Of a DNA stretch of 64,000 nucleotides, positions 38,163 to 54,252 are shown in pieces (position 1 is the first letter of the stretch; each line of letters starts with the position of its first letter). The notes beneath the pieces are model-generated. The model did no database searches and was not told the DNA's origin. It saw nothing but the letters and a program-made list of their open reading frames with translations. This DNA comes from Dictyostelium discoideum. Lineage: Eukaryota. The position numbers and the translations under genes were made by a program. The stretch is taken from NCBI GenBank assembly GCA_000004695.1, contig CM000150.2:1504001-1568000 (forward strand), given 5' to 3'.

Positions 38163-38256
38163 TTTTTTAAAAATAATATAATTTTATAAAAAATTATTAA
38201 ATAAATAAAAAAAAAAAAAAAAAAAAAAAATATTAAAAAAAAAAAAAAAAATTTGT

Positions 38257-40719
38257 TTATTTGTTTATTATTTTTGATAAATAATTTTTTAAATATCTAT
38301 GAGAAATTATATTTAAATTTATATCTAATAACCATTGAGATAAAATATTTTGATAATTAGAATTTAAATAAATAAAAATTTCAATTTTACCAGAATCTGC
38401 ACAACTTTGAAATACATTAAATAAAAATGATTTAATTTTTGGTAATTTTGACAAACTTGAATCATTATTTAATAATGGTAAATAGTTTTCAATTAATAAT
38501 TGCACAAATTTAATTGATCCATTATCTTCTAATTTACCTACAGACTTTGAAATTAAATCCATTTCATCAGCTGTTGAACCAAAATTATGACTTTCAAGTA
38601 ATGAATTATCAATTTCTCCATTTTGTTGTTTTAAATAATATAATAATGGTTTGTTACTATCGTGAAAGTTGGTTTTACCAATTACCATTTGTGAAAAAAA
38701 TTGAATTTTAAATAATTCATCGAATCTTTGTGAAAGGAATAAAAAGTTACAATATTTTATGATTGATAATCTACAAATACCACTTTTGAAAATATCATCA
38801 TTTCTATATTCATAAATCCAATTAAATAATTCAATTTGATGTTTTTGATCAACCAATAATGTTATTCTATAAGTATATGTTAAATTTTTAATTAATGGTG
38901 ATTTGTTTATTAAGTCTTTAATAATTTGTAAATCTGAATCTGATCTAACTTGATTTAACCATGATTCTAAATTATTGAAAGTATATTTTGATTTGAAAAA
39001 GCCAGTTGGTTCATTTACCATATAATTTATAACAACCAATGGAACTTTATTATTTTCAACTTTTGTAAATAATCCACAAACTAAATTTGAATCTTTCATA
39101 ATATTTGTATCTGATAATAATAAGTCTTTAAACTTTTCTAATAAATCAATTCTACCATTTAAATAAAGTATTGATGTTTTTGGATCCAATAAATGATCTT
39201 TAAAACCATTATTAAATAAATATTCTAACATTTCAATTGATTTTATGTATGAGAAAGTATAAAATCTAAAAATATCAATGTATTCTGTTATTCTTGGTGA
39301 TAAATCCTTATCACCACTACCATCACCACCACTACTACCACCACTACTACCACTACTACTACCAAAACTACTAATACCATTATTGTTTGTCTTTTTTACC
39401 TTTTCTATATATTTTGATAAAATTTCAATATTATCATATCTAATTAATAAAAGAAATAAAACCAATGGACCAAAATTACAAACATTCATTATGAAATCTA
39501 ATTTCTGTTTTTCATCTTTTTCACAATTTGAAAATATAGTTGTTTCATCATTTAAACTTGCATTTATTGAATCTGCATTAAACCATTGATTTAAAAATCT
39601 AAAATTTGCAAAATCTAAACATAAATTAAATAAAGACCTAATTGATTTTACTCCTTTACTAAATTCAATATTAATTTGAATGCTTTCTTTATTTAAATCA
39701 AAATCATCAACATTATAAATAATATTATATCTTAAACTTGATTCATTATTATAATCTATATAAAACTTGTACAACTTTTTAATTGATTCATTCTCTTTGT
39801 AAATTTGATTTTTTAAAAATAAATTTGGTAATGTTAATTTTAATTCTGATTTTGTAAATTGAGATTTAAAAATTTCCAATTCTTCAATAGTTGGTGATTG
39901 TTGTATAAATGATGATAAATTTGGATGTAATACCATATATTTACAAGTACTAATAAATCTTCCAAAACTTAAAGGTGGTCTTCTTTGATTTAATAAATTT
40001 GATTGATCATATGGATCTCTATAATAATTTGGTAATTTAATATTATTTTCATTATTTTCATTATTTTCATTATTTTTAAACTTTTCATTTAAATAATTTA
40101 ATAATTTAAATTTTATATCTTTATCTTTTAAAACTTCATTCCATTTTTTAGTTGATATAATTTCTTCGTATTCTTTTTGATTTAAATGTGGCAATATTAA
40201 ATTAACAATTTCTTTTGATGAATTAACCAATAGTGATATATTAAATGTTTCAATATTTGGTTTAAATTCATGATATTTAATTAATACTTTTAATGCTGAT
40301 TTAGATTTACTTTTCAATATAAATCTAACTAATTTATCAAATTGTTTCTTTTCATTATTATTATTATTATTTGTTGGTTGTTTTGTAATGAAATATAATG
40401 AATAATTTGAAAATAAGGATTTAAAAAAAAATTGGTTTTCATTTTTATAAGTTTCAATTAATATTTGAATTACATCTGGTTCAGATTTATCTTCATTAAA
40501 ATCTTCATATGATTGAAATCCTTTAGATAGATTTTTAGGAATTTCAAAAATTAAATAATTATTATTTAAAATTTTTTCTTTTACTAATTCTTTCATTAGA
40601 TTTTTATTTTTATTTTTACTTTCTTTTAAAATTGAATAAATTGATATTAAATTTGGTCTATCATATTTTACAAAATAAAATATTTTTCTAAACAAATATT
40701 GATTTTTAAGTATTTCCAT
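38257..40719 (-). CDS. Hypothetical protein, 820 aa.
   Basis: ATG-initiated intact ORF with typical AT-rich Dictyostelium codon usage and a short Gly/Ser tract (SSGSSGGSSGGDGSGD). I recognise no domain. Confidence 0.5.
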   Translation of the reverse strand: MEILKNQYLFRKIFYFVKYDRPNLISIYSILKESKNKNKNLMKELVKEKILNNNYLIFEIPKNLSKGFQSYEDFNEDKSEPDVIQILIETYKNENQFFFKSLFSNYSLYFITKQPTNNNNNNEKKQFDKLVRFILKSKSKSALKVLIKYHEFKPNIETFNISLLVNSSKEIVNLILPHLNQKEYEEIISTKKWNEVLKDKDIKFKLLNYLNEKFKNNENNENNENNIKLPNYYRDPYDQSNLLNQRRPPLSFGRFISTCKYMVLHPNLSSFIQQSPTIEELEIFKSQFTKSELKLTLPNLFLKNQIYKENESIKKLYKFYIDYNNESSLRYNIIYNVDDFDLNKESIQINIEFSKGVKSIRSLFNLCLDFANFRFLNQWFNADSINASLNDETTIFSNCEKDEKQKLDFIMNVCNFGPLVLFLLLIRYDNIEILSKYIEKVKKTNNNGISSFGSSSGSSGGSSGGDGSGDKDLSPRITEYIDIFRFYTFSYIKSIEMLEYLFNNGFKDHLLDPKTSILYLNGRIDLLEKFKDLLLSDTNIMKDSNLVCGLFTKVENNKVPLVVINYMVNEPTGFFKSKYTFNNLESWLNQVRSDSDLQIIKDLINKSPLIKNLTYTYRITLLVDQKHQIELFNWIYEYRNDDIFKSGICRLSIIKYCNFLFLSQRFDELFKIQFFSQMVIGKTNFHDSNKPLLYYLKQQNGEIDNSLLESHNFGSTADEMDLISKSVGKLEDNGSIKFVQLLIENYLPLLNNDSSLSKLPKIKSFLFNVFQSCADSGKIEIFIYLNSNYQNILSQWLLDINLNIISHRYLKNYLSKIINK

Positions 40720-40904
40720 TTGTTATTATTTTTAAATTTATATATGTATAATAAAAAGTATAATAATAAAAAATACAATAAAAAAAAAGTTTTAATATTG
40801 CATGAAATCAATTTTTTAAAATTAAAAAAAAAAAAAAAATAGTGTTGTGTGATTGTTCTAAGTTTTTGATATTTTTTTTCAGAAAAAAAGGATATAAAAA
40901 AAAT

Positions 40905-40970
40905 ATCTGAGTGCGTTAGACCCCCTACAGAAAACGCCTTGATCCTGACCCCCTACACCAAAGCTAAAAC
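40905..40970. ncRNA. Candidate small ncRNA or conserved element. This is an isolated GC-rich island of about 65 bp in an AT-rich intergenic region, with an internal direct repeat gaccccctaca x2.
   Basis: The sequence gagtgcgttagaccccctacagaaaacgccttgatcctgaccccctacaccaaagctaaaac is about 50% GC against about 15% around it. The motif ccctacag loosely resembles the conserved motif of Dictyostelium class I RNAs. No upstream DUSE-like element was evident. Confidence 0.25.
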
Positions 40971-41100
40971 AAATTTAAATCAAAAAAAAAAAAAAATTCA
41001 AATAAAAAAAAAAAAAAAATCACTTAATAAGAAAAAAACACACAAATAAAACGAATATATATTTATTTATTTATTATTATCATTATTTTTCATTATTTTG

Positions 41101-41135
<35 letters not shown>

Positions 41136-41974
41136 ATTTGGTGAGTTTTGAAATAATAAATTGAAAAATTGGTATATCTATGGCCAATTAATTAAAATAA
41201 AAAAGTAAAGAAAAATAAAAAAGAATAAAATAAAATAAAATAAAATAAAAGAGATAGACAATTGAAAATAAATAAAAAAAATAAATAAAAAAAATAAATA
41301 AAAAAAAGATAATTCTAAAGTGGATTCAAAATCGTTTATTTTATTTTTATTTTTATTTTAAATTTGTCACCTTTCATTTATACAATTAATTTCGTGAAAA
41401 AAATAATATTTTCAAAATTTATTTATTTTTTATTTATTTATTTTTATTTTTTTATTTTTATTTTTTTTTTTTACATTTATTATTTTATTTATAATTTTAT
41501 TTATTATTATTCTTTTTTTATTTTAATTTTTAATTTTTTTTTTTTATTTTATTTTATTCATTTTTATTTTTTATTTATTTTTTTTTGTTTTTATTATTTA
41601 TTATTATTTTTTTTTTTTTTTTTTTTTTTTTTATTTTTTATTTTTTTTTTTTTAATTTTGAGAAGAATCCGGAATGTTGTGGGAATGTAAAAAATTAAAA
41701 AAAAATAAAAAAAAAATAAAAAAAATAAAATTAAAAGAATTAAAAAAAAAATAAAAAAAAATAAAAAAAAATAAAAAAAAATTAAAATTTTAAAAAAAAT
41801 TAATTTCTTTTTTTTTAAAAACTAATATAAATTAAAAAAAAAAAAATTTTATTTTAATTAAATTCACACTCATACATATTCATATATATATAATACAGAT
41901 AAAATAATATTATTTTAAATATTACTCTTTTTTAGCGCAATTTTTTTTTTTTTTTTCCAACAACCAACCACAAA

Positions 41975-42631
41975 ATGGCATCATCATCCTCAGCAAATAT
42001 TTTTTCATTCCAAACTTATGCAAAAGATAAACAAAATGTAAATGGAAACTATGACTACAGCGATAGCGATTGCAGTGAAGATAGTTTCGATGAGTACTCA
42101 TCCCAAGAAATTAATCAATTAGATAAATTAGATAGACCAAAAGTTAGTAAAACTGGAAATGTTATTCCAATTACTACCAAGGACTATGAAGCAGCCAAAG
42201 CATATAAACAAGCCAAAAAATTAAAGCAACTACAACAACAACAACAACAAACATCTGAAGAAGATGACCAAGATAGTACTACTACCACCACATGTATATA
42301 CGATTTAATTACCAAAGGTAAAAAGTTAACAAAATTAGAAAAGGAATCCATAGCCAACGAAGAGACAGCCTCAAGGGATAAACTTATTAGCTCAACAAAG
42401 GTTGTAAAGAGAATTATCTATGATGAAAAATTAAAGGATAAAATAGATGAATTTGTAATTACATATCAATGTAATGGTACCGATAAAATCAACTCTTGTC
42501 CTCTTAAAAACTTTGATAGAATTCCTTGTAGGAATAATATTACAGAAATTAAATATGGTAAAGATAATCAAATAGTTTGGTGTAAAGCCGATAAAATTTA
42601 TGATAGTGATTTTTCTTTTTTATCAGAATGA
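41975..42631 (+). CDS. Hypothetical protein, 218 aa.
   Basis: ATG-initiated intact ORF of mostly complex composition (MASSSSANIFSFQTYAKDKQNVNGNYDYSDSDCSEDSFDEY.. ..ITYQCNGTDKINSCPLKNFDRIPCRNNITEIKYGKDNQIVWCK). I recognise no domain. Confidence 0.45.
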   Translation: MASSSSANIFSFQTYAKDKQNVNGNYDYSDSDCSEDSFDEYSSQEINQLDKLDRPKVSKTGNVIPITTKDYEAAKAYKQAKKLKQLQQQQQQTSEEDDQDSTTTTTCIYDLITKGKKLTKLEKESIANEETASRDKLISSTKVVKRIIYDEKLKDKIDEFVITYQCNGTDKINSCPLKNFDRIPCRNNITEIKYGKDNQIVWCKADKIYDSDFSFLSE

Positions 42632-42945
42632 TAAAAAAAAAAAATAATAATAATAAATATAATAATTATATTAATATTTAATAATACCATACATATATAT
42701 TTTCAAAGGTATTATAAATATATATATAAAAAAAAGCATTGTAAATAAAAAAAAAAACAAAATATTTTTTTTTTTTTTTTTTTTAAAACTTTTAAAAAAA
42801 TAAAAAAAATAAAATAAAATAAAGTTGTAAAAGAATTTCATTCTTTTTTCTTTTTTTTTCTTTTTTTTTAAATTATAATTTAAACAAACTTTTTATTATT
42901 TTATTTTACTTTTCTTTTCTTTTATTATTATTATTATTTTTTATT

Positions 42946-43314
42946 TTATCCATTTAAACCTTCTGCATTTGCAATATTGAAAAGAAAAGTACTCATACCA
43001 TTTGGTAATTTTCTAGTTTCTAAAGATTCTAAAGTGATTGATGATTTACCAGTTTCTTCATTTGTTTCTTTTAAAGATTCTAATTTTGTTAATAATTCTT
43101 TCATTTTCAAATTTAAACCTTTAATAACATTTTGATCTGTAATTTCTTCATCATCTAATGAATCTAATAAAAATCTTAATACATCCTTATGAAATGAACC
43201 TAAAATAAATTGATCTTTTGATTGTGATGATACTGAAACTTCTTTTGAACTTACTATAAAAATAAATATATAAATTTAGATTAAAATTATTTAATATATA
43301 TTATTATTATTATA

Positions 43315-43366
<52 letters not shown>

Positions 43367-44194
43367 TTAAAATACATTACAATCAACTAAAATATCATAT
43401 AAATCTTCTCTTGATTTTATTGAAGAATCAGTGAAACCAGCACAATAAACACCAGTTGAAACCAAATCTTTTAATTCCAAATCAGAGATTGTAACGAATG
43501 GACGTAAAATATTCCAATTTTGACGATGAAATACAAAGAGTGGTAAAGCTCTAATTACTTTTAAAAGTGATGATAACTTTTCAGAGTAAACAACAATACG
43601 TTTTTTCATTGCCATAGCAGACCAAATTAAAATGATCTCTTCACCAAATAATTGAATGATATCTTTAATTGAAGTTTGTAAATAGCTTCTACGTACATCG
43701 AATGATGAATCGACAAATTTACCCATTGAACCAACATCGAATTGACCTCGGTTGAAAACACGTAGTTGGCATTCCAACAATTTCGAACAATCACCAGTTT
43801 GTTTATAAACTGATGACATTATTTGTGCTAATGATCCATACTTTTCAGGATTGAATTGATTTCTTACCAATACCAATGAGAATGCTACAACTCTTTTTAA
43901 ACTATCAGGTACATTAATTTGAGTTATTGAACCATCTTCTTTATTAATTTGTTGGGTTTCAACTGATGTTGTATATATATAAATCCATGAGTTTTTAAAT
44001 TTACTAAAGCTAAATTGTAATGATATCTTTTCTTGTAATAAGCTTGTTCTATTTAATATAACACTCTTTAAATCTTCTGTTATAGTTGGAAAACACCATG
44101 ACATTAAAACATCTGAATTTTGATCTTTTTCAAATATTGTAATTGAATCTTCTAATGATATTGATGTTGCCATTTTCTTTTTTTTTTTTTTCAA
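42946..44194 (-). CDS. Hypothetical conserved protein of about 390 aa, probably in two exons: 43381-44194 and 42946-43253.
   Basis: The 275-aa ORF is complex and non-repetitive (..LVLVRNQFNPEKYGSLAQIMSSVYKQTGDCSKLLECQLRVFNRGQFDVGSMGKFV..GVYCAGFTDSSIKSREDLYDILVD). A minus-strand GTAATG donor overlaps its last codons, and an acceptor tatag follows 127 nt later. That opens a clean 102-codon frame (LSSKEVSVSSQSKDQFILGSFHKDVLRFLLDSLDDEEITDQNVIKGLNLKMKELLTKLESLKETNEE..FNIANAEGLNG*) running to a stop at 42946. An alternative acceptor ttttag about 60 nt further also works. I am not sure which model is right, and read-through to the stop at 43367 cannot be excluded. Confidence 0.45.
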
Positions 44195-44560
44195 TTAACA
44201 AATAAATAAATAAACAAATAAATAAATTAATTATACAAATAAATTAAAAAAATAAAATAATAAAAAAAAAAATAATATTAAAAAAAAAAAAAAAAAAAAT
44301 TTTCTTCAGAAAAAGAAAAAAAAGATTTTTATTTTTTTTTATTTTTTTTATTTTTTTTATTTTTTATTTTTATTATTGCTAAATAAAAACATTCAAATTT
44401 AGCATTTTTTTAATTGTTTTTTTTATTTTAAAGAACAACGAAAAGGGAAAAAAAATTTATATAAAAATAGATTTTAATAAAAAAAAAAAAAAAATTACAG
44501 ATCATTTTGTGTATTTTTGAGTGCTCAATTTTATATATTAAAATTAAATAAAACTAAATC

Positions 44561-44604
<44 letters not shown>

Positions 44605-44694
44605 GAAAACTTTGGAATTAGATTTATTTATTTGATTTTCTATTTTTATTTCTATTTTTATTTCTATTTTTATTTCTATTTTTTTTTTTTTTTT

Positions 44695-46155
44695 TTAATT
44701 TGTATTTTTATAAACATTTTTCGATGGAAATATATCAATTATCAAAAGATTATTTAAATTATTTGGTTTTATTGATAATGTAATTAATACTTCATCATTA
44801 TGATTATTTTTATTTTCTAATATTTTATTGTTTTTTATAATTTTGAAAATTGAATCATAAACGTAATTGAAAGGAATTTTATAATTTTCATTTTGTTGTT
44901 GTATTTTTTCATTTTCATTATCATTATTATTATTATTTATTTTAGTTTCTTCAATTAATTTATCGTAATCTTGAATGATAAAATTTGAAACTTTATTAAA
45001 GATTAAATAATTTAAAATCTTTTCAATTGCACGGAAATTTTCATTTGGATAAAGTGTATTCATTTTTTGGAAAATGATTTCAGAAACTTGTGATTTCAAT
45101 TCAATCGATAGAATTGATAGATGGTTTTCCCTGCAAAATGAATTCTCAATCTCTTTAATAATTTGAAGTTTTGAATTTGATTTTGATAGTGGTAAAAATG
45201 GTAAACTTTCAGTCACCAATTTCGAAAACTTACTATCACCATAAATACTCTTAAACATTGCAGTTGCCTTCCTCTTTAATTCTAAAATACTTTGATTATA
45301 AGTCATACCCTCCTTATCAAAATCCGATGTCAATATATAAGTTCCTAATGATGTATTAATTTTAGTGGTAGTAGTTTTCTTTTCGTCAGAAATTGTAATT
45401 GTTGCACCATCTAAAAATGGTTCAATTACACTTATGATGTATGGATCAATTTTTTGAATTTCGTCAAATACAATCACACTGTATGGACATTCTATAAGTT
45501 TATTAATGATTGTATTATATAGTTTATCTCTAAGATGTTGAATTTTAATATTTAAATATTCTTGATCTTCTATTTTTGTATTTTCATTGTTATCATTATT
45601 ATTTGTTGGTGGCTGTTGTTCAATTATTCTAAATTCTTCACCATTTATTAATAATAAACCATCACCTTCTAAACCACTACCATTTTCAAATAATACTCTT
45701 GAGACTAATTTTGATGATAATGTTTTACCAATACCGTGATCTCCAAAAAGGTGCATTACAACCTTAGTATCTGGATGTAAATATTTCCTATATATTATAG
45801 ATTCAATTTCTTTGATTGCATCATCTTGAAATGAAACGAATCCTTCAAAATATTGCTTAAATGATTTTAATAATTCATTTTTATCTTTTTTAAATTTACA
45901 ATTATTATTATTATTATTATTATCTTTATTATTATTATTATTAAAGTAGGTACCAAATAATGACCCAATATAATTTTTATAATTTTCATCATTATTTAAT
46001 TTATTATTATAATATATTTCTTTACAGTCACCAAATATTTTATTCACATAAATAGAATCATCATCATTTTTTATTTTATCATTATTTTGTGCTGAATATG
46101 ATTTTAAAAATAAAATCGATATAAATAGTAATTGGAGATAAAAATACCTTCCCAT
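44695..46155 (-). CDS. Torsin-family AAA+ ATPase, 486 aa, with signal peptide.
   Basis: N-terminal signal peptide MGRYFYLQLLFISILFLKSYSAQ. The torsin-type Walker A context is LHPDTKVVMHLFGDHGIGKTLSSKLVSRVLFENG and the Walker B/sensor region is SVIVFDEIQKIDPYIISVIEPFLD. This is the typical torsin layout of an ER-lumenal AAA+ protein. Confidence 0.75.
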   Translation of the reverse strand: MGRYFYLQLLFISILFLKSYSAQNNDKIKNDDDSIYVNKIFGDCKEIYYNNKLNNDENYKNYIGSLFGTYFNNNNNKDNNNNNNNCKFKKDKNELLKSFKQYFEGFVSFQDDAIKEIESIIYRKYLHPDTKVVMHLFGDHGIGKTLSSKLVSRVLFENGSGLEGDGLLLINGEEFRIIEQQPPTNNNDNNENTKIEDQEYLNIKIQHLRDKLYNTIINKLIECPYSVIVFDEIQKIDPYIISVIEPFLDGATITISDEKKTTTTKINTSLGTYILTSDFDKEGMTYNQSILELKRKATAMFKSIYGDSKFSKLVTESLPFLPLSKSNSKLQIIKEIENSFCRENHLSILSIELKSQVSEIIFQKMNTLYPNENFRAIEKILNYLIFNKVSNFIIQDYDKLIEETKINNNNNDNENEKIQQQNENYKIPFNYVYDSIFKIIKNNKILENKNNHNDEVLITLSIKPNNLNNLLIIDIFPSKNVYKNTN

Positions 46156-46729
46156 TATTTAAGTGTAATATTTAAAAAAAAATAAAAAATTAAACCCCCC
46201 TTTCCTGTTATATATAAATTAAAAAAAAAAAAATGGTATAATATTTGTTTATTTGAATTTCGATGATTATTAAATGTAAACAATATATATATATATATAT
46301 AATATATCTAAATTGGGTGGGTTGTTTTTTTTTTATTATGTGTTTGTGTGGGTGTGAGTGTGATTAAAATTTAAGGAAAATTAAAAAATTTAAAAAAAAA
46401 AAAAAAAAAATTTTTAAAAAAAATAATTAAAAAAAATAAAAAAATAATAGTTGTAATTTTACATTATGTTTTTAAAAAAAAAAAAAAATAATTCAATATC
46501 CAAAACAATAATAATCAAATGCTTTGAAGAAAAATATTCATTTATTTTAAATCTTACATAATTTTTTTTTTTTTCTAATCTTGTAGATAATTAATATACA
46601 AAATAATTAGGATGTCAACCAAAATTTAATTAAAGTCAGTTATTGTATAAAAATAATATAAAATTTTGCTATACTAAAATGTAATTATAAACAAAAATAA
46701 AAGGTAAAAAAAATAATTTTATAAAATGA

Positions 46730-46773
<44 letters not shown>

Positions 46774-46994
46774 CTTAAATTTAAATCTAAACAATAAATT
46801 TTTATTTATTTATTTTTAATAATTTACCACTTACCTATAATGTAAAATATATAACGATAATATATTTAAAATAAATACATTACATTTTTTACATTTGATA
46901 TTTTTATTTATTGTTGAAAAAAAAAAAAAAAAATAATATTAATAATAATTAAAAAAATAAAAAAATAAAAATAATTTTTGTATATATATTAAAA

Positions 46995-50960
<3,966 letters not shown>

Positions 50961-51030
50961 TAATAAAAATAATAATCAAAAAAGTAATCAAAAAAAAAAA
51001 AAAAAAAATAATAAAAATAACAACAGAATT

Positions 51031-51067
<37 letters not shown>

Positions 51068-51188
51068 AAGTTGTCCAAAATAGATCAACACGACGACAAA
51101 GAATCTTTTCAAATCTTAAAATGAACCAAAAAAAAAAAAAAAAAAAGTTTTTTTTTTTTTGATTTTTTTTTTTTTTTTTTTTTTTTTT

Positions 51189-51219
<31 letters not shown>

Positions 51220-51989
51220 GAATTTTTATTTTTTATTTTTTTTTTTTTTTTCAATTTTTATTTTTAATCAGTCCTCGTTTTTTATATATATATACTATCT
51301 TTTTTATTTTTTTACTTTTTCCATTTTTATTTTTATTTTTATTTTTTTTTTTATATTATCCAATAATTTTCTATATTAAATAAAATCATTAATTTTCTAT
51401 TTATATAATATATATTTTTTAAAAAAAATAAAAAAAAAAAACTTACGCTTGTTCAATTACCTGTATAACACATATATTAAAATATAAACCCAATTTGTGT
51501 ATATTCAAAAAAAAAAAAAAAAACCTAACAAAAAATAAAAATAAAAAACACAAGAGTCTTATTTTTATTTGTATTCAACTGGTAAGTTATATTTATTTAT
51601 TTTCTTTATTATTATTTTTTTTTTTATTTTATTTTTTTTGTTTTATTTTTTGCAAATAGCAACTTCCATATATCTTTTTTTTTTTTTTTTTTTTTTTTGG
51701 CAATCATCGTTTTTTTTTTTATGATTTTCAACCATTTTTTTTTTTTTTAAAATTTTATTTTTTATTTTTATTTTTTTTTTTTTTCGTCACACAAAACCCA
51801 AAAAAAAAAAAAAAAAAAAAATACACATATACAAAAAGTACTTATATGGATTATTATTATTTTTATTAATTTAATATCCCAACCATATTGCTTTCATTGT
51901 TCCAAGATATTTGTAAATTTACCAACACCACTATTATTTATCATTTAAATTCCTCATGTTCATTTTTTTAATAATCTTCAAAAAGCCCC

Positions 51990-52031
<42 letters not shown>

Positions 52032-52074
52032 TTCTTCATCAACACTTTTTTTTTATATCTTTTTTTAACAACCA

Positions 52075-52112
<38 letters not shown>

Positions 52113-52729
52113 ATTTCTCACTTGTGATAGTTTTTTTTTGTTTTTTTTTTTTAATTTTTTTTTAATTTTTTTTTTTTTTTATCAAAATTAAATTAAACTA
52201 ACTTTTTTTTTTTTTTTTTTTTTCTCTCTCTTTGCCCTTCAACCTTCACATATAACATATATATTTATATATAAAATCAATATATTAACAAAAAAAAAAA
52301 AAAACAATAATTTATTCCAATCAAAATTTTTTTTTTTTTTTTTTTTTCTTTCAATATTATAAAACATTCTTTATAATAATTTTCAAACTAAATAGAAAAA
52401 CTGTAGTTTTGTTTTTTACTATTACCTTCAAACCTATTTTTAATTTAATTTATTCAATAGACGTTCAAGTAAGTAAAATTTTTTTTTTTATTTTCTTCCT
52501 TTTCCACTTAATATTTCAACGCAATGACTAATATGTATTTTTTTTTTTTTTTTTAAAATAAATTTTTTTATTTTTTTATAAAAAAAAAAAATTTGTTTTT
52601 TTATTTTTTTTATTTTTTTGTTCCTAAAATTTTTTTTTTTATTTTTTTTTTTTAGTTTTTTTTATATTTCGATTTTACAAATTCTCTTTTTTTTTATTTT
52701 AAACTTTTAATTTTCATATACATATAAAG

Positions 52730-53482
52730 ATGACAACCAATAAAGACGTAGAGTGCTTAGTTGAACCTACCTCAAATATTTCAATCACAGAAGAAAATAA
52801 AAATGTAACATCTGAAACAACAACCACCACTAATAATACACAAAATAAAGAAACAGAAACAACAGATAATATAAATAAAGAAGAAACAGCAGATAAAGAA
52901 AATAAAGAAGAGCAACAACAAGAAGAAAATCCAGAAAATTTAATTAAACATCCTCTTCAAAATAGATGGTCGTTATGGTACGATTATCAAAGTGGTAAAA
53001 TCAATCCAGAACATTGGGTTGACTCTTTAAAAAAAGTCATTAGCTTTGATTCAGTTGAAGACTTTTGGTGTGTATTTAACAATCTTCCAAACGTATCAAA
53101 TTTAAAACAAGGTAGCAGCTACCATTTATTCAAAGATGATATCGAACCAAAATGGGAACACGAATCAAATAAGAGAGGTGGAAAATGGTTTGTTATGGTC
53201 AAAGATAAGAGTCGTTGTGATAATCAATGGCTTCAAAGTGTCATGGCTTGTGTTGGTGAAACCTTTGACTCTAGTGATGAGATTTGTGGTATCGTTTATA
53301 ACTCTAGAAAGAATGGTGATAAAATAAGTGTTTGGACAAAGACTGCTCAAGATGAAAAAGCAACTCGTGATGTTGGTAATTGTCTCAAAAAGATTTTAGA
53401 AATTGATCAAACTATTCAATATACTCCACATGAAGATTTTATTAGATCTTCAAAAGGTTCAAAGAATTTATATGAATGTTAA
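52730..53482 (+). CDS. Eukaryotic translation initiation factor 4E (cap-binding protein), 250 aa, with a Thr/Glu-rich N-terminal extension.
   Basis: HPLQNRWSLWYDYQ..SVEDFWCVFNNLPNVSNLKQGSSYHLFKDDIEPKWEHESNKRGGKWFVMV..WLQSVMACVGETFD..ICGIVYNSRKNGDKISVWTK carries the cap-binding Trp residues and the eIF4E fold signature. Confidence 0.9.
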   Translation: MTTNKDVECLVEPTSNISITEENKNVTSETTTTTNNTQNKETETTDNINKEETADKENKEEQQQEENPENLIKHPLQNRWSLWYDYQSGKINPEHWVDSLKKVISFDSVEDFWCVFNNLPNVSNLKQGSSYHLFKDDIEPKWEHESNKRGGKWFVMVKDKSRCDNQWLQSVMACVGETFDSSDEICGIVYNSRKNGDKISVWTKTAQDEKATRDVGNCLKKILEIDQTIQYTPHEDFIRSSKGSKNLYEC

Positions 53483-53657
53483 ATAAATTATTAAAAAAAA
53501 AAAAAATAATAAAAAAAAAAAAAAAAAAATTAAAATAATAAATAAATAATAATAAATAATAATAATAATAAATAATAATCATTAAAAAAATCATTATTAA
53601 ATATTAAAATTATCGACAAATCAAAAAATCAAATAACACAATAGTTTAATCAAATAA

Positions 53658-53689
<32 letters not shown>

Positions 53690-54029
53690 AAAAAAAAAAA
53701 GATACAAAAAAAAAAATAAAAAAAAAATAATAAAAAAAAATAAATAAAAAAATTTTTAAAAAAAAAAAAAAGATTTGTTAATTTCACAATTATTTTTATC
53801 ATTGATCAGATTTTATAAATTAAAAGAGTTTTGGAATAAATTTGGGAAAAATTTTATTTTTATTTTTATTTTTTTTATTTTTATTTTATTTTTTATTTAA
53901 TTTTATTTATTTTTTATTTTAATTTATTTTTTTTTAAAGGAAAAATTATTCTATTTTTATTTTTATTTTTATTTGGCTTTTTTTAACCAATCTATATTAT
54001 TTGAATCAAATCAAAAAAATAAATTTTTG

Positions 54030-54064
<35 letters not shown>

Positions 54065-54252
54065 AAAAAAAAGTGCCAAAAAATTAAAAAAATAAAAAAT
54101 AAATAAAATAAAAAAAAAAAGGGTGAAAAATTAAAAAAAAAAAAAAATATAACACTTAACTTATTTTAAAAAAAAAATTATATACATATATATCATTATT
54201 TGAAGAAAAAAAAAAAAAAAAAAAAAAAATTATAAAAAAAAAAAAAAAAAAA

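Noticed and set aside
51540-52500. Possible 5'UTR exon and intron of the eIF4E gene (GTAAGT at about 51578 and 52469)
   Set aside because: The donor-like sites are plausible, but without transcript data I cannot distinguish a UTR intron from chance GTAAGT in AT-rich DNA, so I did not annotate it.
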